Shown piece by piece: positions 30,401-40,601 of a DNA stretch of 64,000 bases. The notes beneath the pieces were generated by a model. That model worked only from the letters and a program-made list of their open reading frames with translations, was not told the DNA's origin and did not search any database. Positions within the stretch are counted from its first letter, which is position 1, and every line of letters begins with the position of its first letter. The translations under genes and the position numbers were made by a program. The DNA is from a virus. The stretch is from the IMG/VR virus record IMGVR_UViG_3300043410_001789, positions 8,864-72,863 of that record; one strand, 5' to 3'.

Positions 30401-31721
30401 CAAATAGGCTGAGTGATCCCACTGAAGCTAAAAGCTGACCAACAGGCATTCCACTAATTCCCAAATCTGATGCTGACTTTGTTACAGAATAGTTTAAGGT
30501 GATGTCTGAAATATCAGCTACTAGTCTTGGTGATATTTCAATTAAGTCAAAAGTAGAGTCTATCTTGTTCATAGTTTTAACAACTAACCTTACTCCAGAT
30601 AGAGTATCTACTTCTCTACTGATTGGCACCGAAGCTCCAGAAGGAATAAAGGTTTGATTGTTAATTAGGCTAGATGCACAGTTGTGTGTTTTTGGGGTTT
30701 CGTCATATACTGACCATCCATATTCTGGAACAAAAGACTCATACTGCGTACCAGTCCAAAAATAAATTTTACCAATATCTGTTGATGATTTTTTAATTAG
30801 ATATGATGCACCAGCTATATTAGATCCTGGAAGTAATGATTCGTGAGCTATTTCTCCAAGATAATTAAAACTATTGTAGTATGGCTGTGGAATAATTATT
30901 CCATATGATAGCTCAAGGTATCCATCGCTATTTATAATTGGGGTTCCATCCCATCGTAATGAATTGGCATCGAATGATGCTATGTCTACCCATGAATTAT
31001 TTTTAAGTATTTGCACTTTCCATTCACTGGGCACAGTCATATTACCAGAACCAAAGAATGGGTCTGCAAAGTTACCAGAATTATCAACAAATGGACCTAG
31101 ATCGATATCTCCAACATTTGTCTGCATCTTTATGACAATCCTATTTACAAAAACCTCATTATCATAAACTACAAATGGAGCTGTATCGTCAATATAGTAT
31201 TTGCCACGAACTACGTTTTTGGAAATTCCTCGCTCAACATTGCCATCTGTTCTATATGATGTCCAATACTTAAAGGCATCATTTTTATTTGCCATATAGT
31301 ATCGTGGTCTTCTTGACATATCTTGGTTTGAATAACCTAGATGCTTACCGTCAAAATATCTTACCTTATTAATTCCAGACCTTGGTCTAAACTTTCCAAA
31401 ACAACTTTCTAGAGAAAATAAGAGTCCTTCTTTTTTATTTGGCAATGTAAAAAATGCTGGAGTGTCATCATTATTTAATCCACCATCTATAATAATGTCT
31501 GCATCTGTAGCACCAGTATAGAACTGACCGCTATCATCAATATCAAAAGTATTGGTGATTGTGTAGTATTTACTTTCAGTTGCCAGGGGGCGATATCTGT
31601 AGTTACCAATCTTTCGTATATTATTGGCACCATTTAAATTCCATTCTGCAGTAATAAAAGATTGTGTTCTAACAACAGACGATGTTTCTAGATGGCTTTG
31701 TAAATCTTTATCAACAAACAT
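27480..31721 (-). CDS. large minor tail / baseplate hub protein
   Basis: 1413 aa, two genes after the TMP; FFDEYNNLV and PTIQLGDIV hub-like motifs. Confidence 0.7.
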   Translation of the reverse strand: MFVDKDLQSHLETSSVVRTQSFITAEWNLNGANNIRKIGNYRYRPLATESKYYTITNTFDIDDSGQFYTGATDADIIIDGGLNNDDTPAFFTLPNKKEGLLFSLESCFGKFRPRSGINKVRYFDGKHLGYSNQDMSRRPRYYMANKNDAFKYWTSYRTDGNVERGISKNVVRGKYYIDDTAPFVVYDNEVFVNRIVIKMQTNVGDIDLGPFVDNSGNFADPFFGSGNMTVPSEWKVQILKNNSWVDIASFDANSLRWDGTPIINSDGYLELSYGIIIPQPYYNSFNYLGEIAHESLLPGSNIAGASYLIKKSSTDIGKIYFWTGTQYESFVPEYGWSVYDETPKTHNCASSLINNQTFIPSGASVPISREVDTLSGVRLVVKTMNKIDSTFDLIEISPRLVADISDITLNYSVTKSASDLGISGMPVGQLLASVGSLSLFDVDEAFNPSNKDSLVSGFDVNNNIQIKFFETVLAVGDYDYTIPIKTLYSENLPSINSSKREVSINLRDAFFYFESTISPEFFLQNVSLSYAVSTLLDGVGFSNYVFKRLATEKDPVIANFIVGPNQTIAKILNDLAVSTQSAMFFDEYNNLVVMTKDYMLASEANRPSVATLSPQSILEISSQDTKVFNNGKINYAERSIQKSYGSLRQSSLLDKEKTWIYKPALLWEVTGTNNTKSMNGVVSQQSAYTLSAIPLNTTLTADVPQVKNNTIVNNTIDLGEGIYWITRNNGYFYANGEVIKYDAVQYSVPGVSGQSNVWIRDEQEYANYFSKLPFNAKIFPTGLIRIYAEPNYETVDGKTQYLNGPVAKHGRGQFGTTITTHQAGLSEYWRNNDNIKGCQMNFSALFSDTDVPATKLGAAGITDIANKTTRNGIIRNFMSSSNLSESNVNELTATQSATVQSSALVMTGPAFTTTENPVDYVSYVYKPMNSKFKHFGTRMRIIGRVENNETQDQSPFGGSSYFSINGATANESVKVGGSSGGLAVLINPKTNNGYYFEIAALTQNSFSSSSTANNIYNVLFYKVKRNNSATSDKDIAVPIRLWAGLTGINVDDGRFTGQSRIVGEDKTSVYDLSVEYEDVGAIRKFYLYINNTMVAVVEDTDPLPVYNNAALFIRGSARCYFENIYALANNYSKTTNFASDLPASNVFDMNEILASESFRKYALSGVLQSTYLSGISASEPPTHDIYFEEFGTILREASYFNIKYDKAFPALSAQISPTFNRLKGYAVSGFKPSPYGAEFLVFNCTDFALSLDSASGNYLRIQGVTFTQQTTNELTVDNYFNSVSDLSQTGLGKIENAYSPLKLKERFNDIRSSRFTYGNKEFSLEAPYIQSQDDAKQLMGWIVDRVMKPRKSVGLSVFAMPTIQLGDIVKIDYTTPKDNREIASKDTRFIVYNIEYSKDSSGPKMTIFLSEVA

Positions 31722-31722
31722 T

Positions 31723-32388
31723 TTAAGCCTCTTCTAGTGTAATAGAGACATTCCACATGTCGTGGTTACTTCCTCCACGACTAACAACTGAATATGAGAA
31801 GTCTGAAATGAACATTTCAATTACTTCATTATATTGGGATAGATTATTTGTTGCTGAAGATGGCCAGGGCAAGCCAAGTTCTTTATAGTTATCATATGCA
31901 AGAAATACCCAGAAAGATCCTTGGTGGTTGTTATACCAATCCAGTAGTTCTACTCCACCAGCACCACCATCAGTAGTGTATCTTGAATCTGGTTGAGCTG
32001 GATTGCCAGAAGAATATCCAGTAGTTGGAGCACCTGATGTAGTATTAAATCCAGCATTATCAGAAAATGCTCTAGATGGAAGCATGTCCCAAGATATAGA
32101 AAGTTCCATTTTATCTGCAATGTGGTACGAACGCATGCGACCATTGATAGTTCTTTGTCTGCTTTCGATCCTAGTTGGCTTAAAATCTAAGATTTTTCTA
32201 TTGTCATCTGATAGGATCAAAAAGTTATTGACTAGTGATATATCATCAATCATGGTGGGTTCGGTGCCAACCTCATATCCATCTGGTATCCAGAAATAAC
32301 CATCCTTAGTTCCCTGGGTTTCAGAGAATAGGATTGCCTGTGGTCTAGAATACTTTCTTCTTCCAGCCAAGTATTGACTAGTTGCCAT
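31723..32388 (-). CDS. distal tail-like protein
   Basis: Directly after the TMP; RTINGRMR...ISW...SITLEEA. Confidence 0.6.
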   Translation of the reverse strand: MATSQYLAGRRKYSRPQAILFSETQGTKDGYFWIPDGYEVGTEPTMIDDISLVNNFLILSDDNRKILDFKPTRIESRQRTINGRMRSYHIADKMELSISWDMLPSRAFSDNAGFNTTSGAPTTGYSSGNPAQPDSRYTTDGGAGGVELLDWYNNHQGSFWVFLAYDNYKELGLPWPSSATNNLSQYNEVIEMFISDFSYSVVSRGGSNHDMWNVSITLEEA

Positions 32389-35300
32389 AAATAGAACTTC
32401 TCCTAATACTTTGTGAATCTATTTGCTTAATCTGTCCAATTACAACTCTTGCAATTTGGTCTGGGTTAGCATCTGACTTAACATTTACGTTCACTTCATA
32501 ATTATACATTGAATTGCCAGCGTATGTTCCGTTATTGATAGACTTTAGATTATTTACTCCAAATTTATCTACCGCTGATTTAGTAACAATAAACTCTCCT
32601 GGGGTAAGCATTGCTGGAATAGTATCAGTTCCTATGGCCTGACCACCATCGGCAAGGTATTTAGGAATTATTCCACCAGCTGCTTTGGCTAAGCTAGCCT
32701 TTGCTCGTGCGTCAACCGCTAGGTTGTTGAGTCCGTATGAGGCTGCAATATTAGCAAATTTTAGCAATTCATTAGCATCATCTTTAGATACTGGTGGTGG
32801 TACAACTTCTTCCTTTTTAGGAACAGTATAGTCTGTAACTGCTTGTGCAGCGAGAGCGTTAGCTTTTGCCAATTCCGCAGCATAGTCAGTAGCTGATGTT
32901 TTAGCAAGGTCAATCTTGTTCTGTAGTTCATCCCACTTTAGTTTTTCAGCATCTAGGGCTGCAAGCTTAAGATCTTTTTCTACTGTTACAAGACGAATTC
33001 GTTCTTGTGCTGGCTCTAGCCTCTTTTCTTCAATATCAAATATTTCTTTTTCAAGACTCTTTACCTTGTCTTCAATTTCAAGACGAGTCATTTCCTTATC
33101 TCCAACCTTTACCTTTAGGTTGGCAAGCTCTGTCTTTCTGGCTTCATCAAGTTGCTTTTGCTGCATATCCATAGCATCTTGTGTGCTCTGGGCTCTCATT
33201 TCTTGTGCTGCTCGTGCAGCTGCTGCTATGTCACCCTGAGATAGTGCATCAGCTAGGGTTAGCTGTTGCTTTTGTTGTGCAGAAATCTTTTGATTAATGT
33301 CCCTAATTTTATCCAGGGCATCTTTACGTTCATCATACTTTTTGTTAACAGCATCTTCTTGTGTCTGAAGCTCAGTAAGTCCAGCCTGATAATCATCTAT
33401 TTGATATTTAATCTTGTCAATATCATTCTGTGCAGCTGAAACTATGGCATTGTCTGCTTGTGTAGCCTTCTTAAAGTCTATATCAATCTTATTTCTATCT
33501 GCATCAAACTTGGCGTTTATCTTTGACATAGAGTCATTAAACTTTTCTTCTGCTGTCTTTGCATCTTCAACTGCCTGCTTTTGCTGCTTGTAAAGTTCAA
33601 TGGTCTGCTTAATTGCTGCATTCTTATCTTTAATGTCTGTAGATGCTTTAATTGCAGCAATTGCTTCGGCAAGACCACTATCTTTTCCAGCTTCTACCGC
33701 ATCCTTGTATGACATACCAGTTGCAAGAAGTTCTTTTCTAGCACCGAGTTCATCTTTAGTAGACTTTACAGCTGCTTGTACTGACAGTTGGTAATTTCCA
33801 AGAGTAATTGCATTAAATGCATTTTGCAGATCTGCAGCGTCTTTCTTCATAGTAATAAGACCAGTCTTCTTGTTTATTGTCATAAACTTATCTTGAACTG
33901 ATTTATCTGCATTGGATATAAAGTCAATAAAGTCTTTATTATATCCCTTGTTACCAAGCTGTTGTTCAATACCGTTGTAGAGTAGACCGCCACCCTTCTT
34001 TTCAAGAGCACCCATTTTCATCCACTTGTGTAACTCTTTAAAGCCACCTGCTGCATCTACTGCTGCTTGACGTACCTGCTTAAGCTTTTTCATTATGTCT
34101 GCATATGGGTCAGCTTTGGCACCACCGCCAACATCACCGCCAGCACCTGGAAGTTTTGCATCTCCAGGTGTAAGTGCTTCAGTTCTTTGCTGAGCCATTT
34201 CTGATGCGTATAGATCTCTCTTCTTACCAGAATCCATGTTAGACCAATACTCTCTAACTGATGCACCGCCACCTGCATCTGCAATCTTTCTTGCAGTCCA
34301 GGCACTTAGTTGGTCTGCAGTTACTGTTTCTTGAATAGTCAGGAATGTAGTGGTATATACCTTTTGTTGGTCTGGTGGCAAACTATTAAAATAATCTATT
34401 TGATCCTGTGCTAGATTCATTCCAGAAGTTTGTGCAATTACCTCATACTTTATCTTTTTACCTTTATTTTTAGTAATAGCATCACCAACTGCTTTAATTC
34501 CATTTTTAATCTTATTAAGTTTTTCTGATGGCGTTCCATCATCCTTAATTAACTGATTCATATCTATAGATTGACCATTACCAAGACCATCGCTCACTCT
34601 CTTAATTTCAGATAGTGTGTCCATGGTCTCTTGTGATTTGCCATCTGTATTGGCCTCTATTTTTGCAGTAAAGTTTGTAAACTTATTTTTAGCAGCGTCA
34701 TCGGAGCCGAATAGTGATCCTAATTCGACCATTTGTTGTTGAGCACCTGGTCCATACTTAATTCCAATAGATGCAATTTTTTCATATACCTCAGAGTGGT
34801 GCTGAGGATCAAAAATCCCTTCAAGTCTTTGCAGTTGGTCTATATTTTCTACAGAAACATTTGCTAGCAAGGTTGCTTTAGTTTGGTTAGTTAGAAAGTT
34901 ACTGTCTGCAACTCCCTCAAGTGTAGTTTTTGCAACATTCTTGATAGGATCCGACATTCCTTCAAACATCAATCTCTTTGATTCTTGAATGTTATCTACA
35001 ATCTGATTGGCAGATGCATTCTGGGCAGCACCTGCCCTATAGCTTGACAATCCCTTGATATAGTCATATTCTGTCTTCATTGCTGTTGCAGTTTGATTTT
35101 GAAGAGCGAGTCTATCAGTATTATATTTGTCATTTTCTTTGTTTACGCCTTCTAGATCACCTGCAGCTTGAAGAATCTCCAGTCTTTTTCTGTGCTCAAG
35201 TTCTAGGTTGTCTAGGTTTTGCTGTCCCATGCTTAGAATATCTTGGAATCCCTGTGCATACTTTGCTTCAGCTGCAGCTACCTGGGTATAGTTAGCTCTA

Positions 35301-38300
35301 CCAAATAGAGTTAGATTATCACTGCTGCTTATTAAACCTTTTGTACTTTGAGTATCTGTTGTAGTTCCTAAAGCTGTTTGCTTTGTAGTTATTATCTCTC
35401 CCATAATCTTTATTGGGTCTTTAGATAAATCTTCTCCATTAGGACCAAGAATTTTTGTCATTGTTGTTAAAACGCTTATACCAAAATCATAGTCCTTGAG
35501 TGTTTCTCCAAGGTTATATGCAATACTAGCAGCCTGTTCTTTTGTAAGAACATTTGTTGCAACGGCTTGCGATAACTGTGCAGCAACATCAGAGACTGAT
35601 GTCTGCTTTCCAAACATGATATTGCTTTGCTGAACCGAAGATACTAACGCTTTTCCAGCTTCAGATTCTACATATGATCCACCAAATGTATTCTTACCTG
35701 TCTTAATGTTATACGGAGAACGTTCATCAGCACGGATTTTATCCATTACCTCTGTAGGGGTGACCTTACCAGATGCCATGCCAAGATTTTTCATTGCTTC
35801 GGCACCAGAAGATAGATCCTTAGCAGTTTTCATTGCTCCAGCTCTAAAGTTATCTAGATCTTGTTTCATTTGGAATAGTACCATTCCAACAGCACCAATG
35901 GCACCAACTGCTAGACCTGCTGGACCAGGTATCATAGATGTTGCTGCTGTAAATGCAGCGATAGGACCAATAGCAGATCTAGCAGCATCTCCAACTGCTC
36001 CTGGCATTGCAGAAGCCATACCAACTGCCATTGTTAGACCCATACCTGCCTGTGCCATTCTTCCAGAAGCCTGAGCAGACATCTGTTTTCCAGTTTGTCT
36101 TGTTGCTGCTCCTGCTGCTGCCTGATCCTTAGCTATAATAGGCTTGCCAGTCTTTTCGCTGATTGTGGTAAATCTTCCCTTTGAGTCTATACCGTATCCA
36201 GCAGCTGCTGCTGCTTTTTCTGTACGTCTGTTACTCATACCGCCTAAATAAATCTTACCAGTTCTTGGGTTAGTAACTATCTGAGAATTATTTCCTGGCA
36301 ATCTAGATGAAAATCTTGTTAATGCGTTTGTTGCATAGTCTCCACCAACACGTTTTAGGTTAGCACGAATTGCTTGACCGTTTTGACTATTCCATGCTCT
36401 TACTGCACTATCTCCAGCCTTGAGGATTCCTGTACCTGCTGCAGAGGCTGCAGATTTAAGTTTAGGGGTTACTACACCCTGGAATTTATTTCCAAGATCT
36501 TGACCCATACCCTTAATTTTTGAGCCAAAGCCTGCAGCCATTTTTGTACCCTGCTGTTCTGGACGATAGGCTGGTGGTGGAGTAACACCAGGAATAGTTG
36601 TTGGCGAACTAAATACATCGTTTGGTGAAGAGAAGTTAAAGCCCTTCTTTCCTCTGGCATATCCAGGAAGAGTTCCATCAACCATGCCCGAAATGAGTGG
36701 AGCATATTTCTTTGACATTCCTGCAGGAATTACGGATTCTCCTGGAGAAAGCATTGCTGGGACAACGTCTCCTGCACCCTTTGGACCAGGAACTGAAACA
36801 ACACCATCCTTAAATCCAAGAACTCGTACAATTCTGCTAATTCCTGCTCTTCTCATTGCTAGCATCATTGCTGACTTATTTGCAAGAGCATCTCTTTCAA
36901 TAGCAGCATTTGTGACCTTCATGTCATTGGCTCTATATTGTGCATTTTTAGGGCTAGTAAGCTCTGCCTTTGAATACCCTGCATGTAATAATTTAGAATA
37001 AGACAAGAATTTTTGAAGCTTTGACACTTCTTGCACCGACAATCCTGCGGTGTAGTGTGGAGTATTATTTGATATCTCTTCAATTACTTTAGAGAATGCG
37101 ATTCTTTCTTTTTCATTAAATGATGCATTATCTGCTATCTGTGCTTGCAAAGCCTGAATATCTGCCTTAAGGGCTGGATTTTTAGCCATGACATTTGCTG
37201 CTGCATCTTTAAATATTTTTGCTCTTGGTCCGCCAGCTTCTGACTCAAATTCGCTGCTTAGGGTGCTTAGAACATTGTTTTCAATTCTTGGATCTATTCC
37301 AAAATAATCTTTTCCCCAAAATTCTGGCTGGAGTTTCCATGCACCGACAGAAGCCATGTGGCCTCTTTCTGTACCATGATAAGTTTTAGTATTTTTTGGA
37401 TCATAGCCTGAGTGGTTTCTAGCAATATCTTCTATTGTAATTTTTCTAGCTACTGGCTTTGGTCCTCTTTGACCAGACTGTTCCCATTCTGTTAATTGTT
37501 GTTTATATTTGTTGTCTTTTTCTTTTTGTTTGTCTACAACTTCTTGTTGCCAGTACGCACGGTCTTCCCCTGTAGAATTGACAATAGCCTCAAAGTGTGC
37601 TTTTGCCATACCTTTTGCCATATCAAATTCTTTTTGAAACTGTGGATTTTTCAATACAGTATCTGGAATTGTTAAGCCCTTTGTTGGGTTTCCTCTCATG
37701 TCAGATCTAAATTTTTCTTTAAACTTTCCATATTCTTTATTTCTGACACCAGATTCATCAACTGATGGGAACATCTTATTTAAAGTTTCTGCTGCAGAAT
37801 TTTGATTCAAGGCATTATTCCAAAGAACTGCTCTTTTGGTAAATTCTGTTACTGGAGCTTGAGTAGATTTTGCAGATACAAAATCAAGCATTGCTAGTTT
37901 TGCAGCATGTGGATCTGATGCATGTAGTCTATTAACAGATCTTTCAATTTCAGCCTTTTGTGCTTCTGTGAGACCATAATTTAATGTGAATATTCCAGCT
38001 TTGGTATTGATGGTTGATCCTGCTGGTCTATTGCTACCTGTATTTCCAACATCTGCTGTACCCTTGTTAAATCCAGGAAGTTTTCCAGAAACCATTCGTG
38101 ATATAAAGCCACGGTTCTTAGATGCAATATCTGCTGGAATAACTGCTTCTCCAGGAGATAGCATAGCTGGAACAACATCACCAGCTCCCTTCGGTCCTGG
38201 CACAGATATAATTCCATCTGCCAGCTTCATTCCTCTTGGCATCTTTCCGCCAGGGCCAGGTACTGTTGCTAGACTTCTACCAGCTACTGCTGCTGCTTCG

Positions 38301-40219
38301 TATGCTGCTGCAAGTTTTCTAACTGCAGATTCTTCAACTGTAAACTGTTGAGTAAGACTCATGTGTGCTTGGTCTAGTGAAGCTGCTGCAGCTGCAGCGT
38401 CAATTTGTTCCGCTGACATATACTGTGTTTGTTGACCAAGAATACCTGTTCCTTGACCTGCACGGATAAATACATTTCTTAGGAAGTTTCCAGCTTTAAT
38501 AAGGTTTGCGATACCGTTAGCGATAAGACCAAATGCCATAATTGCCATTGGAGCAAGACCACCGAGAACACCGATAATGCCCATAATGAATCCCTTGGTA
38601 TTGTCACCTAGAGAATTAAACTTGTCAAGGATGTTTGTAACAAATCCAATAATTGGGGTTAGTAGTTTTAAGAATTGCTCTCCTAGTGGAACAAGCTTGG
38701 CCTTCATATCTTCTACTGCTTTTTGGAATTTGTACATTGGCGAGTCTTCAACCTTTTTCATTTCTCGCTCAGATAGTACTGAAAGTTCTGCTGCAGTAGC
38801 CTTTGTTAACCCAAGAACCCTAGATGCCTGAGATCCTTCCGCTACAACATTTTGGAATAGGGTTGAGATACGAGCAAACTGGAACTTACCAAACATCATT
38901 TCAATTGCTTTTGCACGGTTAAGTGGGTCAAGGGTATCAAATGCTTTTGCCATGTCAATAACCATGTTCTTGACATTACCCTTATCTGATTCAACGATTC
39001 CCTTTACGTTAATACCAAAACCAGCAAGAAATTCAGATGCCTTTTTAGTTGGGTTAATCATAGATGCAATACCAGATTTAATTGCGTTAGCACCTTCAGA
39101 GGCATTGATTCCACCTTCACGCATAGCAGTTAGGAAGAAGGCTAGATCTTTTACGTTACCGCCAAGTTGTTTAATAACAGGTGCAGCTTTTGGAATAGCG
39201 GTAGTAAGGTCATCAATTGATGTGATAGTTTGGTTTTCAACAGCATTTAGGAAGTCAATGTTTCCTGCTAGGTCTTTAGCTGCAATACCAAAAGTGTTTG
39301 TTAGAGATGTCGTGGTCTCTAGAGCCTTTTGCTGGTCAACTCCACCCAATACCGCAAGCTTTGTAGCATTTGCTACTTGGGCAATTAAATCTGCACCAGT
39401 CTTACCCATGGCTGCAGCGTCAGCAGCAAGTCCCATGGTCTTTGAAACGGCTACGCCATATTTAGTATACTCTAGACCAAGCTGCTTGATTTGGTTAACC
39501 ATCTTGTCAGTATCACCAACAGTAGTGTTAAAGTCTCCATAAACACGGCGGAGTCTAACAATTTCCTTTTCCATGTTCATGAAGACTCTGGATGCTGCAA
39601 CTCCAAGCATTGTTAATGGAACTGTAAAACCAACGGTAAGCTGACGACCTGCCCACTGTGTGTTCTTACCAAAGTTTAGCAAGCTTGTAGAACCCTGCTG
39701 AACCAACTTATTCATGAGCTGTTGCTTCTGTGCAACTATAGCTTGCTGGGTTGCAAGATTCTGCATATCAAGTGCAAGTGGTCTAACCTTGATGGCTTGC
39801 ATTGCACCATTGGCATCTCTACCGAGCTTTATGTATTGTGTCTGTAGACTTTTTACTCGTGACTCTGCTACTCTACCAATTGTGTCAAATTCCGTCTTGA
39901 AGAGTCTTCCGAAAGTTTGGGTTGATCCAGCTGCATATCTAAAGTACTGGCCCATAGACATCTTATTGCGTTCTAGGGCATGGGTGAAAGATTCTGTTGT
40001 ACTTTGGACTCTTGTAAGTCCTGCTGAGAATTGTTTTGTAGCATTAACGGAATTTATTAAATTCCTAGTTAGGTTATTAGAAATGGCAGCATTAGCTGCA
40101 GAACCTGATGATCTTAGGGTTTGGTGGAAAGCTGAAATCTCTGCTTGTAATGTTTTAAGATTGGCAATTGCACTGGCAGTATCAATACCAATATGTATAT
40201 TTGACTGAACTTCAGCCAT
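32378..40219 (-). CDS. tape measure protein
   Basis: 2613 aa; TP901-type core, TM-like segments and C-terminal coiled coils; follows the tail chaperones. Confidence 0.93.
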   Translation of the reverse strand: MAEVQSNIHIGIDTASAIANLKTLQAEISAFHQTLRSSGSAANAAISNNLTRNLINSVNATKQFSAGLTRVQSTTESFTHALERNKMSMGQYFRYAAGSTQTFGRLFKTEFDTIGRVAESRVKSLQTQYIKLGRDANGAMQAIKVRPLALDMQNLATQQAIVAQKQQLMNKLVQQGSTSLLNFGKNTQWAGRQLTVGFTVPLTMLGVAASRVFMNMEKEIVRLRRVYGDFNTTVGDTDKMVNQIKQLGLEYTKYGVAVSKTMGLAADAAAMGKTGADLIAQVANATKLAVLGGVDQQKALETTTSLTNTFGIAAKDLAGNIDFLNAVENQTITSIDDLTTAIPKAAPVIKQLGGNVKDLAFFLTAMREGGINASEGANAIKSGIASMINPTKKASEFLAGFGINVKGIVESDKGNVKNMVIDMAKAFDTLDPLNRAKAIEMMFGKFQFARISTLFQNVVAEGSQASRVLGLTKATAAELSVLSEREMKKVEDSPMYKFQKAVEDMKAKLVPLGEQFLKLLTPIIGFVTNILDKFNSLGDNTKGFIMGIIGVLGGLAPMAIMAFGLIANGIANLIKAGNFLRNVFIRAGQGTGILGQQTQYMSAEQIDAAAAAASLDQAHMSLTQQFTVEESAVRKLAAAYEAAAVAGRSLATVPGPGGKMPRGMKLADGIISVPGPKGAGDVVPAMLSPGEAVIPADIASKNRGFISRMVSGKLPGFNKGTADVGNTGSNRPAGSTINTKAGIFTLNYGLTEAQKAEIERSVNRLHASDPHAAKLAMLDFVSAKSTQAPVTEFTKRAVLWNNALNQNSAAETLNKMFPSVDESGVRNKEYGKFKEKFRSDMRGNPTKGLTIPDTVLKNPQFQKEFDMAKGMAKAHFEAIVNSTGEDRAYWQQEVVDKQKEKDNKYKQQLTEWEQSGQRGPKPVARKITIEDIARNHSGYDPKNTKTYHGTERGHMASVGAWKLQPEFWGKDYFGIDPRIENNVLSTLSSEFESEAGGPRAKIFKDAAANVMAKNPALKADIQALQAQIADNASFNEKERIAFSKVIEEISNNTPHYTAGLSVQEVSKLQKFLSYSKLLHAGYSKAELTSPKNAQYRANDMKVTNAAIERDALANKSAMMLAMRRAGISRIVRVLGFKDGVVSVPGPKGAGDVVPAMLSPGESVIPAGMSKKYAPLISGMVDGTLPGYARGKKGFNFSSPNDVFSSPTTIPGVTPPPAYRPEQQGTKMAAGFGSKIKGMGQDLGNKFQGVVTPKLKSAASAAGTGILKAGDSAVRAWNSQNGQAIRANLKRVGGDYATNALTRFSSRLPGNNSQIVTNPRTGKIYLGGMSNRRTEKAAAAAGYGIDSKGRFTTISEKTGKPIIAKDQAAAGAATRQTGKQMSAQASGRMAQAGMGLTMAVGMASAMPGAVGDAARSAIGPIAAFTAATSMIPGPAGLAVGAIGAVGMVLFQMKQDLDNFRAGAMKTAKDLSSGAEAMKNLGMASGKVTPTEVMDKIRADERSPYNIKTGKNTFGGSYVESEAGKALVSSVQQSNIMFGKQTSVSDVAAQLSQAVATNVLTKEQAASIAYNLGETLKDYDFGISVLTTMTKILGPNGEDLSKDPIKIMGEIITTKQTALGTTTDTQSTKGLISSSDNLTLFGRANYTQVAAAEAKYAQGFQDILSMGQQNLDNLELEHRKRLEILQAAGDLEGVNKENDKYNTDRLALQNQTATAMKTEYDYIKGLSSYRAGAAQNASANQIVDNIQESKRLMFEGMSDPIKNVAKTTLEGVADSNFLTNQTKATLLANVSVENIDQLQRLEGIFDPQHHSEVYEKIASIGIKYGPGAQQQMVELGSLFGSDDAAKNKFTNFTAKIEANTDGKSQETMDTLSEIKRVSDGLGNGQSIDMNQLIKDDGTPSEKLNKIKNGIKAVGDAITKNKGKKIKYEVIAQTSGMNLAQDQIDYFNSLPPDQQKVYTTTFLTIQETVTADQLSAWTARKIADAGGGASVREYWSNMDSGKKRDLYASEMAQQRTEALTPGDAKLPGAGGDVGGGAKADPYADIMKKLKQVRQAAVDAAGGFKELHKWMKMGALEKKGGGLLYNGIEQQLGNKGYNKDFIDFISNADKSVQDKFMTINKKTGLITMKKDAADLQNAFNAITLGNYQLSVQAAVKSTKDELGARKELLATGMSYKDAVEAGKDSGLAEAIAAIKASTDIKDKNAAIKQTIELYKQQKQAVEDAKTAEEKFNDSMSKINAKFDADRNKIDIDFKKATQADNAIVSAAQNDIDKIKYQIDDYQAGLTELQTQEDAVNKKYDERKDALDKIRDINQKISAQQKQQLTLADALSQGDIAAAARAAQEMRAQSTQDAMDMQQKQLDEARKTELANLKVKVGDKEMTRLEIEDKVKSLEKEIFDIEEKRLEPAQERIRLVTVEKDLKLAALDAEKLKWDELQNKIDLAKTSATDYAAELAKANALAAQAVTDYTVPKKEEVVPPPVSKDDANELLKFANIAASYGLNNLAVDARAKASLAKAAGGIIPKYLADGGQAIGTDTIPAMLTPGEFIVTKSAVDKFGVNNLKSINNGTYAGNSMYNYEVNVNVKSDANPDQIARVVIGQIKQIDSQSIRRSSIYGN
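36690..38222 (-). repeat. two ~50-aa direct repeats inside the TMP bounding an insert
   Basis: DG(I/V)(I/V)SVPGPKGAGDVVPAMLSPGE(A/S)VIPA at ~38131-38220 and ~36721-36810; a third partial copy GTDTIPAMLTPGEF at ~32591-32632. Confidence 0.85.
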
Positions 40220-40240
40220 CCACTAAACACCTCTTTTTAT

Positions 40241-40585
40241 TTATTGTCTATTTCCAAGGACCTGGCCACCAAGGGTGTATCCAGAAGCCTCTTCAATAAT
40301 TTCATAGACTGTTGGTAGATCAATATTGTCTTCCAAGGCCTTTAGATCTTCAGCAATTTCAGGTTTGAACTGCTTCAGAGCAATACCAACACATTCCAAA
40401 AGTGCAGAGATTGACTTATCGTTATCTTCTGCAACATTCTGAATTGCTTCAAACTTCTTCATGAAGTCTCTTAGTAGAGAAATCTTTAGTGGACGCAGAG
40501 AGATCTCTGTTCCGTCTAGAAGCTTAACGGTCTTTGACTCATTAATTGTGGTTGCCATTTTATTCCTTCCAAAATTGGTATACAA
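40241..40585 (-). CDS. tail assembly chaperone (short, G-like)
   Basis: Directly before the TMP; paralog of the N-terminal half of 40602-41273; likely start MATTIN. Confidence 0.65.
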   Translation of the reverse strand: MYTNFGRNKMATTINESKTVKLLDGTEISLRPLKISLLRDFMKKFEAIQNVAEDNDKSISALLECVGIALKQFKPEIAEDLKALEDNIDLPTVYEIIEEASGYTLGGQVLGNRQ

Positions 40586-40601
40586 AAATTATAGCACAAT
40601 G

